A stretch of 64,000 bases of DNA from Abditibacterium sp. (GCA_965199495.1 CBDASK010000003.1:4352001-4416000), one strand, 5' to 3'; positions 50,625 through 60,483 are shown, counted from the first letter of the stretch. The notes: generated from the letters alone by a model not told the origin. Numbers and translations: made by a program.

Positions 50625-51410
50625 TTAATCGTGGACGTGGAAAGTTGGCGCGCCGCCGGAAGTGGCGAAGGGAGTATTCGCATGATAGATGGCTCCTCTG
50701 GGGGCACTGGCGTTGGTTCTGGCCCATTTGACGTGCCCATCGGCGAACAAGAAATTGGTGCCATCCAAATGCCGGTTCACAATGGCACTGGAGTAGACCA
50801 ACCCCGTATTACCGCCGCCCGGCGAACCGATGCTCGTGGGATCACCGTGCGAGCTGTTGCCGTTGGTGCGGTAGGCCGCCGAGCCGTTTTTGGCTTCGCC
50901 GTCCCCGTTCATAATGGTGAGCGTGGGGTACTGAACCGAGGAAAGGCTCACCGAAGTATTGCAGTTTGAAGCAGAACCACCAGCGGGCGGGTCGCTGCTC
51001 AAGTAGGCGTTATACCAGTAATCGGTATAAGAACTCGTATTTCCAGCCGGAGTTCCTACTCTGGCTATTGGATCGGCGCTGGGCGAAATGGTATCGCTTG
51101 GGCACTGGTAAATCTGCGTGCTTTTCAGATAAGGCTGAATCGCATCAGCCCATCCCACGGGCACGCCGGGAGTCTGCGTTGCGGTGCCACCAACAATGGC
51201 CAGCGCATATTTCTCGTCGTAGTCCTGCACATACTGCAATTGACCCAAACCGATCTGCTTGAGGTTGGACGAACAAGACGAGCGACGCGCGTTTTCGCGG
51301 GCGCGGGCGAAGACGGGAAACAGAATCGCCGCGAGAATGGCGATGATGGCGATCACAACGAGAAGCTCGATAAGGGTGAATGCCGAATTTTTGCGGAAAT
51401 TTGAGATCAT
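50625..51410 (-). CDS. DUF1559 prepilin-type protein with H-X9-DG motif
   Basis: [51 protein letters not shown]. Confidence 0.93.
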   Translation of the reverse strand: MISNFRKNSAFTLIELLVVIAIIAILAAILFPVFARARENARRSSCSSNLKQIGLGQLQYVQDYDEKYALAIVGGTATQTPGVPVGWADAIQPYLKSTQIYQCPSDTISPSADPIARVGTPAGNTSSYTDYWYNAYLSSDPPAGGSASNCNTSVSLSSVQYPTLTIMNGDGEAKNGSAAYRTNGNSSHGDPTSIGSPGGGNTGLVYSSAIVNRHLDGTNFLFADGHVKWARTNASAPRGAIYHANTPFATSGGAPTFHVHD

Positions 51411-51467
51411 GGGGTTTGTTCCTTATACAGAAAATTAACTGAGCAGCTTTGAATTTTCTCCATCCTG

Positions 51468-51524
51468 ATGCCCCAACGCCGGGGCACTTTTTAATTATAC
51501 CCATTTTTCCGTGTTTCCAAACAT
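51468..51524 (-). promoter_or_regulatory. Promoter ATGTTT-N15-TGGGTATAAT followed by operator GCCCCGGCGTTGGGGC
   Basis: Minus strand ATGTTTGGAAACACGGAAAAATGGGTATAATTAAAAAGTGCCCCGGCGTTGGGGCAT; the operator matches 37880-37895. Confidence 0.6.
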
Positions 51525-51771
51525 TTATTCGCAAATTTTATCGGCCTTGAGCGTTTCGGTCGGGTTGGCGTAAGGCATCAACGTGGCGTGCCCCTGTTGC
51601 TTATTTTCGCCGATGTTAGCGGGGTCTTCGATTATAGACGCGCTCGCGATGAAAACGGATTTAATTTCGCAATGGTAAACGCGACTAAATTTGCCCCTGC
51701 GTTGGACTATGAATTACAATTATACAAAATTATGCGTTATTCGGTGCCATTTGAACGACGCCAAAACTCAT

Positions 51772-54700
51772 TCAGGTTTTAGTCCCCGCTTTCTGCGGCG
51801 CGTAAACGCTGATTTCCCACAACGAAAACCCGTAATCGGTCGCGCGTTTCAGACATAGAATCCGCACATAACGCGCGACGACCGGCGCAAATTTGCGCGT
51901 TTCGGTTGCGCCTTTGCCGTCGGAAACGTGCGCGGCGTCCGTCCAATTTACGCCGTCATCCGAAGTTTGAATTACATATTCGCTGGCGTAAGCCGCTTCC
52001 CAGTTGAGACGAACTTCGCCGATTTGCTGCGGCGCGCCCAGATCTATCGCGATCCACTGATTGTCCGTGCGCGCCGACGACCAACGCGTTGTGGTGCTGC
52101 CATCAACGGCGAAGTTGGCGGCGCGTTCGGGCACTTCGACGCTCGACGCCGTGGCGGCTTTGCCGCGCGCCAGATTCGCGTCGGGCACGGGCACAATACG
52201 CTCGCGCACGGGCAAGTTCTTCCAGACGCCATTTACAAACTCGCGCGGCGCGATATTCCAACCGTCAACGACGAGTTTGGTGGGAATATCGGCGCTGTAT
52301 TCAATAGAAATTGCGCGCGTTTCGCCCGGCAACAGCGAAACGAAATTATCGTCATAAAACGCCGGGCGCACCGGTTTTCCATTGGCATCTTGTAAGCGCA
52401 GCCACACCATGAACGCCAGATTTTTCGACGGATTGCTCAAATTCACGCTGTAAAAATGGCGACCGTCTCGGTCGAATTTGCGCGCGCTCGTTTGCAAATT
52501 GACCGTGGGCAACGCGTTCAATGATTCAAAACCCTCGTATTGCGGCCCGGTGAGCGTGCGTCCGCGCACATAATCGTGGTTGGAGCGCCAGTAAAACGTC
52601 TGCGCCAACGGTTTGCCGTCGCGGTCAGCGATGTCGAGGCGAATGAAGTGAACCGGCGAAACATCGGCGGGAAAATCAATCGCCATTACTTTGGGCATGA
52701 AGCGATCAGCAGCCACGTCGAGTGCCACGGTGCGCCGGAAGACTTCGCGCATATCCAAGTTCAGCACACGCGCGGTGATTTTGGCGCCGGGAAAAGCGCG
52801 CACGAGTTCATTGTTGACGCCAACTTCGTTCTTCAGAAAATCGAATTGCGCGTGCAACGGTTGGTGCGCGTTCTGCGAGAAATAAAGCGCCGCCGTCGGC
52901 TCCAGCGACCAATCCCACATTCGCCCACAGACCTGCGGGTTGGGGCTGTTGTGATACCAGAACAAAACGCCGGTCGAAAAGCGGTCGCCATAATCGAAGC
53001 GGTTGGCGTTCCAATTTTCCCAGATAGCACGATAGGCTAAGCCGCCAAACATTTGCGATTTCCACGCGTAATCTTCGATATTGGTGCTGGCGCCATACTG
53101 AGCCACGGCGTCTTTATAGGCCGTCGTCATGCGGTGAAAACCGCCGCCGTCCATATAATCCCACGTCGTTTTGTCAATCGGCCACAGCGCTTCGGGGGGC
53201 ATCATGGCGCGCAGCGAATCAATCGTCGGCAGAATCGGCGCGCCATATTCGGGACAAAACCCGTTGATTCGGCTGCCTCGATCCGACGCCGTATCTTCGT
53301 AATACCACATCGGATTCACGCTCACATACGGGCTGCCGTCGTGAATGCCATCGGTTTCCGAGCCGACCTGCCAACCGCGCGTACCGTCGAGCGAATCCAC
53401 CAAATCCTTGATCGGCACGCTGTTATTATCGCCGCGCTCGTTGGCCGTGACGTAATACGCCAAACTCGCGTGGTTGCGCAGCCGCTTGATGGTGTCAGCG
53501 ACGTTGGCGCGATACAAGTCTTTATCGAGCGGAATATCGGTATCGCCCGCCTCCCAAAACTCCGTCCAAACCATGATGCCCAGTTGGTCGCACAAATCGA
53601 AAAACTGGTCGGATTCGGGAATGCCGCCCGCCCACAAACGCAGAAAATTAACGCCCGATTGTCGCGTATAACGCAGTTCGGCCTCGGTGCGAAGCGGCGA
53701 AGTGCGCAGCATCGCTTCGGGAATCCAGTTGCTGCCCTGAATGAAAATCCGCTTTCCGTTGACATAAAATATCCGGCTTTTGTCGGGCGTGTTGCGGTCA
53801 CTGGTAATCTCGCGGATGCCGAATCGCGTGCGCATTTGGTCGGAAATTTGACCGCCGATTTGGAAGTCCAAATCGAGTTGATAAAGATATTGTTCGCCTT
53901 TGTTAAACGGCCACCACAAACGCGGATTCCGCACGTTCAACTGCGCGAACTCGTCGGACGAGAGCGTCACGACGCGCGTTTCGCCCGCCGCCAAAGTCAA
54001 GGTTTTTCGGGCAAGGATTTTGGCCGCATCAACGCGCGCGGTCAAAACGCCGGTTTGCGCGCGGTCGCTGGCGTTGGTGAGTTCGACCTGAATCGTTTCG
54101 CGCGCGCTCGACGTGGCTGGTAGCGGCAAATCGCTTTTGACAAATGGATTGCGCAACGCGACGGCACCCGTCGAGAACAATTTGATGTCGCGCCAGATGC
54201 CGGTATTGCGGTCGCGGATGCCATCGGGAAAAGTGAAATCCCAGCCCGCCGTCATCAGCATCGTGGTGTATTTGCCGATGGTGCCATCACCGCCGTTGCG
54301 GTTTTCGCCCGCCGCGCGCGGCTTGTCGCTCTTGGCGCGAAAGCCGTTGGGCACGTCAATCGGCGCAACCAAAACCGCGAGGGCGTTGGGGCCGCCGATT
54401 TTCACCGCGTCGGTGACATCGAACAAACCGCGATTGAACATTCCGGCCATATCGCCCAACTTGACGCCGTTGAGCCAAATCTGCGCGCGATAGTTGATGC
54501 CGTCGAATTGCATCCACACGCGGCGCCCGCGAAACGTGTTCGGAACCACGAATTCACGGCGAAACCAGTAGGTATAAAACGGCGTTCCGACGACCGAAAG
54601 GTCGGGAATCACGCTGGTTTCGTGGGCGTTATTCAGTCCGAAATACGGGTCGGGATAGACGCCATCGGCGACCAAGTTCGTCAAAACCGTGCCGGGCACG

Positions 54701-54978
54701 CGCGCCTTTTGCCAATCGCGCGCGCCAAACCCGGCGCGCGAAATCTGCGCGCCATCGGCATTGGCTTTCTCGGCTTGAACCATTTGCCAGCGAGATGCAG
54801 CTGCATCGGAGGCTTGCGAACTCAAAGTCACGGTTTCGCGCTGGGCAAACTCGCCATTTGTGTCATCGGCGCGCGCGGGTTTCGGCACGGCCAAGGCCAG
54901 CAACGCGCAAGCAGCCACGCCGCGTAACAGTGCGGCACCAAACGAAATTTTGTGGTGCCTTTGCGTCTTGATCTTCAT
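51772..54978 (-). CDS. GH2 (beta-mannosidase / exo-beta-glucosaminidase-like) with C-terminal F5/8 type C domain, secreted
   Basis: VPGTVLT.LV..G.YPDPY, GWDF..RDRNTGIW, QGSNWIPE, RLRNHASL..ANE, FCPEYG, YDDNFVSLLPGE. Confidence 0.88.
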   Translation of the reverse strand: MKIKTQRHHKISFGAALLRGVAACALLALAVPKPARADDTNGEFAQRETVTLSSQASDAAASRWQMVQAEKANADGAQISRAGFGARDWQKARVPGTVLTNLVADGVYPDPYFGLNNAHETSVIPDLSVVGTPFYTYWFRREFVVPNTFRGRRVWMQFDGINYRAQIWLNGVKLGDMAGMFNRGLFDVTDAVKIGGPNALAVLVAPIDVPNGFRAKSDKPRAAGENRNGGDGTIGKYTTMLMTAGWDFTFPDGIRDRNTGIWRDIKLFSTGAVALRNPFVKSDLPLPATSSARETIQVELTNASDRAQTGVLTARVDAAKILARKTLTLAAGETRVVTLSSDEFAQLNVRNPRLWWPFNKGEQYLYQLDLDFQIGGQISDQMRTRFGIREITSDRNTPDKSRIFYVNGKRIFIQGSNWIPEAMLRTSPLRTEAELRYTRQSGVNFLRLWAGGIPESDQFFDLCDQLGIMVWTEFWEAGDTDIPLDKDLYRANVADTIKRLRNHASLAYYVTANERGDNNSVPIKDLVDSLDGTRGWQVGSETDGIHDGSPYVSVNPMWYYEDTASDRGSRINGFCPEYGAPILPTIDSLRAMMPPEALWPIDKTTWDYMDGGGFHRMTTAYKDAVAQYGASTNIEDYAWKSQMFGGLAYRAIWENWNANRFDYGDRFSTGVLFWYHNSPNPQVCGRMWDWSLEPTAALYFSQNAHQPLHAQFDFLKNEVGVNNELVRAFPGAKITARVLNLDMREVFRRTVALDVAADRFMPKVMAIDFPADVSPVHFIRLDIADRDGKPLAQTFYWRSNHDYVRGRTLTGPQYEGFESLNALPTVNLQTSARKFDRDGRHFYSVNLSNPSKNLAFMVWLRLQDANGKPVRPAFYDDNFVSLLPGETRAISIEYSADIPTKLVVDGWNIAPREFVNGVWKNLPVRERIVPVPDANLARGKAATASSVEVPERAANFAVDGSTTTRWSSARTDNQWIAIDLGAPQQIGEVRLNWEAAYASEYVIQTSDDGVNWTDAAHVSDGKGATETRKFAPVVARYVRILCLKRATDYGFSLWEISVYAPQKAGTKT

Positions 54979-55203
54979 AAATTAAAAACGTTATTTTTGC
55001 CGGGAAACGCACTATCAAACTGGAGTTGCGGCTTTCAGTACGGGCGTCGAAATTCTCATTTTCTAAAACAGTCGCAACGCAGGATTACCCCAAGTCAGGA
55101 ACTGATAACGACGTGACGCTGCAAAAATGTCCGACAAACTGCGCGGAATTAATATCGTCCGCAATTGATTGTCTCTGCGTCAGAACACTGATTACAATTA
55201 TAC

Positions 55204-55221
55204 TGAACTATCGTTAGTTCA
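55204..55221. promoter_or_regulatory. Operator candidate TGAACTATCGTTAGTTCA
   Basis: 18-bp CG-centred palindrome (one mismatched pair) directly after TATACT, upstream of GH27. Confidence 0.5.
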
Positions 55222-55276
55222 CGGAGCGACAAAGAACCAGTGAGATTATCGTTCTGCTTTATATGCGATCAACGCG

Positions 55277-57334
55277 ATGAAATCCCTTTCTTTTTTTACC
55301 CTGTCTGCGGGGGCCTTGATGCTTTTTCCATGCGCGGCGAATGCCGCGCAAAGCGTAAATTGGGGAGACTCGGATATTTCCAAAATCAGCGTCGGTTATG
55401 GCGCGCCGGGGCGCGACAAAAGCGTGGATGGCCAGCCGCTTTCGATTGGCGGACAAAAATTTGAGAAGGGCGTCGGCGTCCATGCGACCAGTGGCGCGAC
55501 GGTGCAACTCGACGGCAAAGCCACGCGTTTTACGGCTTCGGTTGGCGTGGATGATGAAGTCATCAAAGCCGGAGAACAACGCGGTTCAGTTGAGTTTTTG
55601 GTGGCGAGCGACGGTAAAATTTTGTGGCGTAGCGGCCAAATGAGCGCGGGCGACATCGCCAAAACCGTGGACGTGGCTTTAGTTGGCGTGCGTGAGCTTC
55701 AGTTGGTGGTTTCGTCTCTGGGCGACAACGCGTTCGATCACGCCGATTGGGCGCAGGCGAAGCTTGAATACGACGGCGCCGCGCCGCAATTGGTGGATGC
55801 GCAGCGCGAAACCGCCGTGATTTTGACGCCCCAACCCAAAGCTGTGCCGCGCATCAACGGTGCGCGCGTTTTTGGCGCGCGGCCCGGCACGCCGTTTCTT
55901 TATGCCGTCGCCGCGACCGGACAAAAACCGTTGCACTATTCCGCCCAAAATTTGCCCGCCGGACTTTCGCTTGACGCGCAAAGCGGTTTGATAACCGGAC
56001 GCTTGGCACAAAAAGGCACTTATCGCGCGACGATTTCAGTGGCCAATGCGCTGGGCCGCGACACAAAACCACTGCGCATCGAAATCGGGCAGGACATTAA
56101 TCTGACGCCGCCGATGGGCTGGAATTCGTGGTATCGTTACAGCGAATCGGTGAGCCAGCAGAACGTTTTGGAAACCGCGCGCGCCCTCAAAGAAAGCGGT
56201 TTGGCCGATCACGGTTGGAGTTACATCAACATTGACGATTGCTGGCAGGGCGAGCGGAGCGGGCCGAATCTGGCATTGCAGGCCAACGAGAAATTTCCCA
56301 ATATGAAGGCGATGTGCGATCAAATTCACGCGCTCGGACTTAAAGCCGGACTTTACTCGACGCCGTGGATTAGCAGCTACGCCGGGTTTCGCGGTGGCAG
56401 TTCGCCGGGCGCCGACGGCAGTTATCCGGTCGCCCTGCCGCCCGAAAAACGCTTGCAACCGGGCCAGATTTTCGGGCGCGCGCCGGGCTATCGTTTGGCC
56501 GGATTGAATCATATCGGCGAGCATTGGTTCTTCGACCGCGACGCGCGGCAAATCGCCGATTGGGGTTTCGATTACATCAAAATGGACTGGGCTGGCCCCG
56601 ACGTGGCGACGACGCAACGCATCGAATCCGATTTAATGAAAGTGAATCGTGATATTACGCTCAGTCTGAGCAACAGCGCGCCGCTCGATAGGGCGCCGCA
56701 ACTGAGCCAACTCGCGCAGGCGTGGCGCACGACGGGCGATATTCACGACAACTGGGCCGCAGTTTCGAGCATCGCGCAGGCGCAGCAGAAGTGGGCGCCT
56801 TTCACCAAACCGGGACATTGGAACGATCCCGATATGTTACAAGTCGGCGTTTTGGGCGTGCCCAATTCGTTCAATGCCGCTGGCAAACCAAGTGGCCTCA
56901 CGCCCAACGAACAATACAGTCAAGTCAGTTTGTGGAGCCTGTTTTCGGCGCCGTTGATTTTGTCGTGCGACATCGCCACGTTGGATGATTTCACCAAAAG
57001 TTTGCTCACCAACGACGAAGTTTTGGAAGTCAACCAAGACCCGATGGTCGCTCCGGCGAGTTTGATTTCGGACGGCGACGCGCGCATTTGGAGCAAACCA
57101 CTCGAAGATGGCAGCATCGCGGTTGGTCTGTTTAACTTCGGCGAATTGGAACAGGAAATCAGCGTGAATTTCGCCGATTTGAAATTGGATAAACCGCAAC
57201 GCGCCCGCGATTTATGGAGGCAAAGCGATTTAGGCACCCACGACAAATTTTTTGCCGCGCGCGTGCCGCGTCACGGTGTGTTGCTGGTCAAACTCTCGCC
57301 AGTTGATGGCGGCAGATTTTCATCAACCCCATAG
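55277..57334 (+). CDS. GH27 alpha-galactosidase-family enzyme with NPCBM/NEW2 and Ig-like domains, secreted
   Basis: NPCBM (KGVGVHA..VGVDDE..DHADW), LPAGLSLD Ig-like, TPPMGWNSW, IDDCW, YIKMDW, WRTTGDI, WNDPDML. Confidence 0.92.
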   Translation: MKSLSFFTLSAGALMLFPCAANAAQSVNWGDSDISKISVGYGAPGRDKSVDGQPLSIGGQKFEKGVGVHATSGATVQLDGKATRFTASVGVDDEVIKAGEQRGSVEFLVASDGKILWRSGQMSAGDIAKTVDVALVGVRELQLVVSSLGDNAFDHADWAQAKLEYDGAAPQLVDAQRETAVILTPQPKAVPRINGARVFGARPGTPFLYAVAATGQKPLHYSAQNLPAGLSLDAQSGLITGRLAQKGTYRATISVANALGRDTKPLRIEIGQDINLTPPMGWNSWYRYSESVSQQNVLETARALKESGLADHGWSYINIDDCWQGERSGPNLALQANEKFPNMKAMCDQIHALGLKAGLYSTPWISSYAGFRGGSSPGADGSYPVALPPEKRLQPGQIFGRAPGYRLAGLNHIGEHWFFDRDARQIADWGFDYIKMDWAGPDVATTQRIESDLMKVNRDITLSLSNSAPLDRAPQLSQLAQAWRTTGDIHDNWAAVSSIAQAQQKWAPFTKPGHWNDPDMLQVGVLGVPNSFNAAGKPSGLTPNEQYSQVSLWSLFSAPLILSCDIATLDDFTKSLLTNDEVLEVNQDPMVAPASLISDGDARIWSKPLEDGSIAVGLFNFGELEQEISVNFADLKLDKPQRARDLWRQSDLGTHDKFFAARVPRHGVLLVKLSPVDGGRFSSTP

Positions 57335-57441
57335 AGACACCGATTTATCGCGTCTAAAACGTCAAAGCCACCGCCAACAAAGCGGATTCATTGAACGTTT
57401 TAGACGCGATAAATCGGTGTCTCTACGGGGTTGATGAAAAT
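57316..57441. repeat. GTAGAGAC-family REPIN overlapping the GH27 stop codon
   Basis: 47-bp inverted arms (1 mismatch) with a 32-nt spacer. Confidence 0.9.
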
Positions 57442-57474
57442 TGCGATCCAAACGAAACCTAAAAATCATTCCCA

Positions 57475-60330
57475 ATGAATTTTTTCAAATCAAATCCCGC
57501 CAAACTCATCGTTCTGGCTGCGAGCCTAATCCTGAGCGCCGCGCCCTTACTCGCGCAGCCTTTGACGGTGCGCGAACGCGCGCAAAAGAACGATTTCGCG
57601 CTCGTCAATAACGGCAAATCTGCCGCGATTTTGCGTGATAACAGCGACGCTAAAGTCGTCCAAATCGCCGCCGATTTGCTGGCGCAAGACATCAAACGCG
57701 TCACGAATGTGAATGCCCAAACTTCGCTCGACCGCTCGCAAGCAGTGATTATCGGCACGCTGGGCGAAAGCGCGTTGGTGAGCGAAGCCCTCGCCAGCAA
57801 CAAGCTCGACGTGGCTGCACTTAGCGGGCAGTGGGAAAGCTACAAAATCGCTGTTGTCAACAATCCATTGCCCAAAACTCATCCCGAAATCAAACGCGCG
57901 CTTTTAGTTGTCGGCAGTGACCGGCGCGGCACGGCTTACGGCACGTTTGCGCTCAGCGAATCCATCGGCGTTTCGCCGTGGTACTGGTGGGCCGACGTGC
58001 CGCCAACGCGCCATGCCAATTTGTTTTTGGCATCGCAAACCATCAATCAGGGGCCGCCGTCGGTGAAGTATCGCGGACTTTTCATCAACGACGAAGATTT
58101 CGGCATGCAGCCGTGGGTCGCCAAAACGTTCGACCCAGCCACCGGCAATATCGGCCCGAAAACCTACGCTAAAGTTTTCGAGTTGCTCCTGCGATTGCGC
58201 GCCAATTTCTGCTGGCCCGCGATGCACCCGAATACGCACGCCTTCAACTTTTATCCCGACGATAAACGGGTCGCCGACGATTACGCGATTGTGATGGGCG
58301 CCTCGCACTGCGAGCCGATGCTGGTCAACAACGCGGTCAAAACCGAGTGGGACACGAAGGTGGATGGCGAGTGGAATTACGAAACCAACGCGGCGGGCAT
58401 GGGCAAAGTTTGGGATGCACGCCTTCAAACCAACGGCCAATATGAGAACGTTTATACCGTCGGGATGCGCGGCATTCACGATGCGCCGATGCCGGGCAAG
58501 GGCACGCCCACGGAAAAGGCGCGCATTTTGGAAAAAGTCATCGCCGACCAACGCGAAATTTTGCACAATCGCACCGGCAAACCCACCGACGAAGTGCCGC
58601 AGATTTTTATCCCTTACAAAGAAGTTTTGGGCATTTACCGCACCGGAATGCAGGTGCCCGATGACGTGACTTTGGTCTGGGTTGATGATAATCACGGCTA
58701 TTTGCGCCAATTGTCCAATCCGCAGGAGCAAAAACGGGCGGGCGGTTCGGGCGTTTATTATCACTTTTCCTATTGGGGCGCGCCGGAAGATTATCTGTGG
58801 ATCGCCTCGACTTCGCCGTCGCTGACCGCCTACGAAATGAACAAGGCGTATCAATATGGCGCCAATCGTTTGTGGGTTTTCAACGTCGGCGATTTGAAAC
58901 CCGCCGAAAAAGAGTTGACTTTCGCGCTCAAAATGGCGTGGGACATCAAAGAGGGCACGCCGCAAAAGGCGCTCGATTTTCCGCGCCAGTGGGCGGGCCA
59001 AACTTTTGGCGCCCAATTCGCCGCGCCGATTGGCCAAATTCTGAACGAATATTATCGTCTGGCGCAACGCGGCAAGCCGGAACACATGAATTTGGTGACG
59101 TTTTCACCCGCGCAGCGCGCGCAACGTCTGGCCGATTATCGCTCAATCGCCGCGCGTGCCAACGCGATTTATGGACAAATTCCGGCGCCACTCAAAGACG
59201 CGTATTACGAATTGGTTTTCTATCCCATCGCGGCGGCGGCGCTGCAAAACGAGAAATTTTTGCTGGCGCGCGACAGTATAGAAATGGCGGCGCAGGGCGA
59301 CCCGAACGCCCTAAAAGTCGCCGCGCAAGCGCAAGCGGCCTACGACCAAATCGCGCGTATCACCGACGTTTACAACAACGGCATCGCGGGCGGAAAATGG
59401 CGCAACATGATGAGTTGGCATCCGCGTGACATCGCGCCTTTTAAGATGCCCAAAGTCGCCACCGCCGATATGATTGGAGCCGCGAAAATCTCGGCGCCGA
59501 TTGAAATTCCGCTTGCGGCGGGCACTTTCGCGGCGCCGATGCAACTGAAAAACGGCGTATTGGGTGGCACTTCGCCCGACGTGCAAAGCGAAGCGACGGG
59601 CGGAAGCGCGACTTTTCAATTCGATTCTCCAGCAAGCGAAACGGCGCCGCTGTGGGCTTGGGTGAGCGCGCCTTCGCCCGACGAAGATTCGTGGTTTTTC
59701 GATTTCAACGGCCAAAAAACCGTCGTCAACGACAAAACGACGGGCGCGCAATGGAAATGGGTAAAATTGGGCGATTTTGATTTGAAAGCGGGCCACAACA
59801 CGCTGACAATCGGTCAACGCGAACCCAACGCGCGCATCCAAAAACTGCGTTTTGGCGGCGATGATCCGACGGCGCCAACCGACGCATTACTCCAAATCGC
59901 GGGCGCCGATTTCGTCCGCAAGACCGATACCGCGAGCGCAAAAATTACTAAATTCGCCGGTTTCGGTCAGGGCAACGGTTCGGTGACGATCCTGCCCGTC
60001 ACGGCGCCATCGGTGGCGCCCGACAAAGCGGCGAGCGCGATTTATCAAGCGCAATTACCCGCCGGAAGTCGCAGCGCGACCCTGCGATTTTTGCCGACTT
60101 CGGCGATTAACGAAACGCACGGCCTGCGCGTGGCTGTCAGTATCAACGGCGGTGCGGCGCAGATTCTCGATCTGAACGCGCAGGAATTCAGCAAAGAATG
60201 GGGCGATAACGTATTGCGCGGCTTTTCGCAGCGCGAAATGAGTTTCGAGCAAAACGCGGGGCAAAAAACCAACGTCGAAGTCAAGTTTTTGGATCCAGGT
60301 CTGGTTTTGGAAGCGATTGATTTTCGATAA
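57475..60330 (+). CDS. GH115 alpha-glucuronidase-family enzyme, secreted
   Basis: GSDRRGTAYG, GVSPWYWW.D, VKYRGLFINDE, WPAMH, SHCEPM, GMRGIHD, DDNHGY, NVGDLKP. Confidence 0.92.
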   Translation: MNFFKSNPAKLIVLAASLILSAAPLLAQPLTVRERAQKNDFALVNNGKSAAILRDNSDAKVVQIAADLLAQDIKRVTNVNAQTSLDRSQAVIIGTLGESALVSEALASNKLDVAALSGQWESYKIAVVNNPLPKTHPEIKRALLVVGSDRRGTAYGTFALSESIGVSPWYWWADVPPTRHANLFLASQTINQGPPSVKYRGLFINDEDFGMQPWVAKTFDPATGNIGPKTYAKVFELLLRLRANFCWPAMHPNTHAFNFYPDDKRVADDYAIVMGASHCEPMLVNNAVKTEWDTKVDGEWNYETNAAGMGKVWDARLQTNGQYENVYTVGMRGIHDAPMPGKGTPTEKARILEKVIADQREILHNRTGKPTDEVPQIFIPYKEVLGIYRTGMQVPDDVTLVWVDDNHGYLRQLSNPQEQKRAGGSGVYYHFSYWGAPEDYLWIASTSPSLTAYEMNKAYQYGANRLWVFNVGDLKPAEKELTFALKMAWDIKEGTPQKALDFPRQWAGQTFGAQFAAPIGQILNEYYRLAQRGKPEHMNLVTFSPAQRAQRLADYRSIAARANAIYGQIPAPLKDAYYELVFYPIAAAALQNEKFLLARDSIEMAAQGDPNALKVAAQAQAAYDQIARITDVYNNGIAGGKWRNMMSWHPRDIAPFKMPKVATADMIGAAKISAPIEIPLAAGTFAAPMQLKNGVLGGTSPDVQSEATGGSATFQFDSPASETAPLWAWVSAPSPDEDSWFFDFNGQKTVVNDKTTGAQWKWVKLGDFDLKAGHNTLTIGQREPNARIQKLRFGGDDPTAPTDALLQIAGADFVRKTDTASAKITKFAGFGQGNGSVTILPVTAPSVAPDKAASAIYQAQLPAGSRSATLRFLPTSAINETHGLRVAVSINGGAAQILDLNAQEFSKEWGDNVLRGFSQREMSFEQNAGQKTNVEVKFLDPGLVLEAIDFR

Positions 60331-60338
60331 TTGAAGTG

Positions 60339-60424
60339 ACAGGAGCGGGGCTGACGCACCCTTCCAATAGGATAAGTTCCTCCATAGACCGCCGATTGGA
60401 AGGGTGCGTCAGCCCCGCTCCTGT
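60339..60424. repeat. Long inverted repeat (REPIN-like, distinct family)
   Basis: Perfect 30-bp arms ACAGGAGCGGGGCTGACGCACCCTTCCAAT with a 26-nt spacer. Confidence 0.85.
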
Positions 60425-60483
60425 AGTATCCAATTCAAGAATGGTTAGGACTTACGCAGGGGCGTTGATTTAGACTTTTTCTG

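Noticed and set aside
42864..50838. Diversity-generating retroelement TR/VR pair formed by the DUF1559 relic and the intact gene
   Set aside because: Mismatches involve all four bases plus indels rather than being adenine-specific, and no reverse transcriptase is present in the window.
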